From Camelus ferus (taxonomy: Eukaryota), in contig NC_045707.1 in the NCBI RefSeq assembly GCF_009834535.1, forward strand, positions 59,832,001-59,896,000: 64,000 bases of DNA, in the 5' to 3' direction. Within the stretch, counting starts at the first letter, position 1; every line of letters starts with the position of its first letter. Shown here piece after piece: positions 63,071 to 64,000 of this stretch. Under the pieces are notes generated by a model. The model did not search any database. It was not told where the DNA came from and worked only from the letters and a program-made list of their open reading frames with translations. The position numbers and the translations under genes were made by a program.

Positions 63071-64000
63071 CTTTTTCTTTTTTGGCTTTAAAACTCTGTA
63101 ACTATTACGTGGAACACATTCTTCATCTACTAAGACTTAACATTCCTGGCATATTAAGTATTCATGTACCTTGTATTATTATTTAAACTCCACGCTACTC
63201 TTTCATTTTCAGAGAACATAATGGCTTCACCATGCTTTTCTGGTACCCTTTTGGTTTTACACTTTGTACCTCGAGTGGTCTGATGCTACCTGACTGAAAA
63301 TGGGTTTCCATAATACATATTTTAGACCAATACTGCCTGGAACAGAGATTTAAATAGTGATGCCTTTACTGATTGGCAAACATTTTACTTGTTCTAGCTT
63401 TAGTAAAATTTTTGTCTAAGAGGAGCTCAGGAAACATGCGGCTCTGTGGATCTTATCATTTGGCAAGAAGACCATCAGTAACAGATGAGTTGAACTACAA
63501 TATAAATGGATATAATTATGACTTCAAATCATTTGCTAACTTGATGGGAAAATATGCATGTATTTTAGTAACTATTTTAAAGTTCTTTTTGACCTTAGTA
63601 CTTTTGCCCTGATACTAATTGTTGTCTGACCTTATAATGTTCTGAGATTCGAAACAGTGTTCAACTCCCTGTGAGATCATGGAAAGCATTTTTGTAAAGT
63701 CTTCCTGTTGGTGTGATAGTGAAAATTTATTATCAAATTTATTATGGATAATAATTTATGATAATTCAATGTTTTCTTTATATGTAATGCGAAACTGATG
63801 ATCTCACTCATTGCTCAATGTATATTGCTTCTGAAGGTAGGGAGTTTTGGGTTTTTCCATATATGCAAAAATATGCAATATAAATAGTTCAAATATTAAT
63901 TTGGTAATTGGTCGAACTGACCTTTAAGACCTTTTCAAACACTTAATTCATTAAATTTATGGCAGGAGAAGAAGTTATTGTCTTCTTCATCATGGAACAA

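Overview
This window is AT-rich mammalian nuclear DNA, almost certainly camelid (alpaca/llama/camel). The lineage call rests on three copies of a tRNA-Ala(AGC)-derived SINE (GGGGAGGGTATAGCTCAGTGGTAGAG...CATGCTTAGCATGC), which I recognise as the Vic-1-type camelid SINE. I can support no protein-coding gene, real RNA gene, CRISPR array or prokaryote-type system. The supplied ORFs are chance ORFs or decayed L1/L2/SINE translations. Much of the window is old interspersed repeat: L1M and L2 LINE fragments, MIRs, MaLR/ERVL LTRs (MLT1A, MLT1F, MLT2) and hAT MITEs (MER45A, MER5A, MER20). There are also a few younger artiodactyl/camelid L1 3' ends and SINEs, some with visible target-site duplications. 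L1 orientation bias and several consensus minus-strand splice sites suggest an intron of a large minus-strand gene that I cannot name. The most notable unexplained features are: a well-formed 51-nt minus-strand candidate exon (28183-28233) beside a motif-rich repeat-poor block (CRE, CCAAT, RFX X-box); a repeat-free block with three tandem hairpins (~12.06-12.19 kb); a repeat-poor, motif-rich block at 56.2-58.7 kb; an 84-bp tandem duplication (47290-47457); and a nested LTR/LTR/SINE stack (~4.2-5.65 kb). I found no evidence of a novel biological system. Repeat subfamily names come from recalled consensus sequences and boundaries are approximate; both need RepeatMasker/Dfam confirmation.
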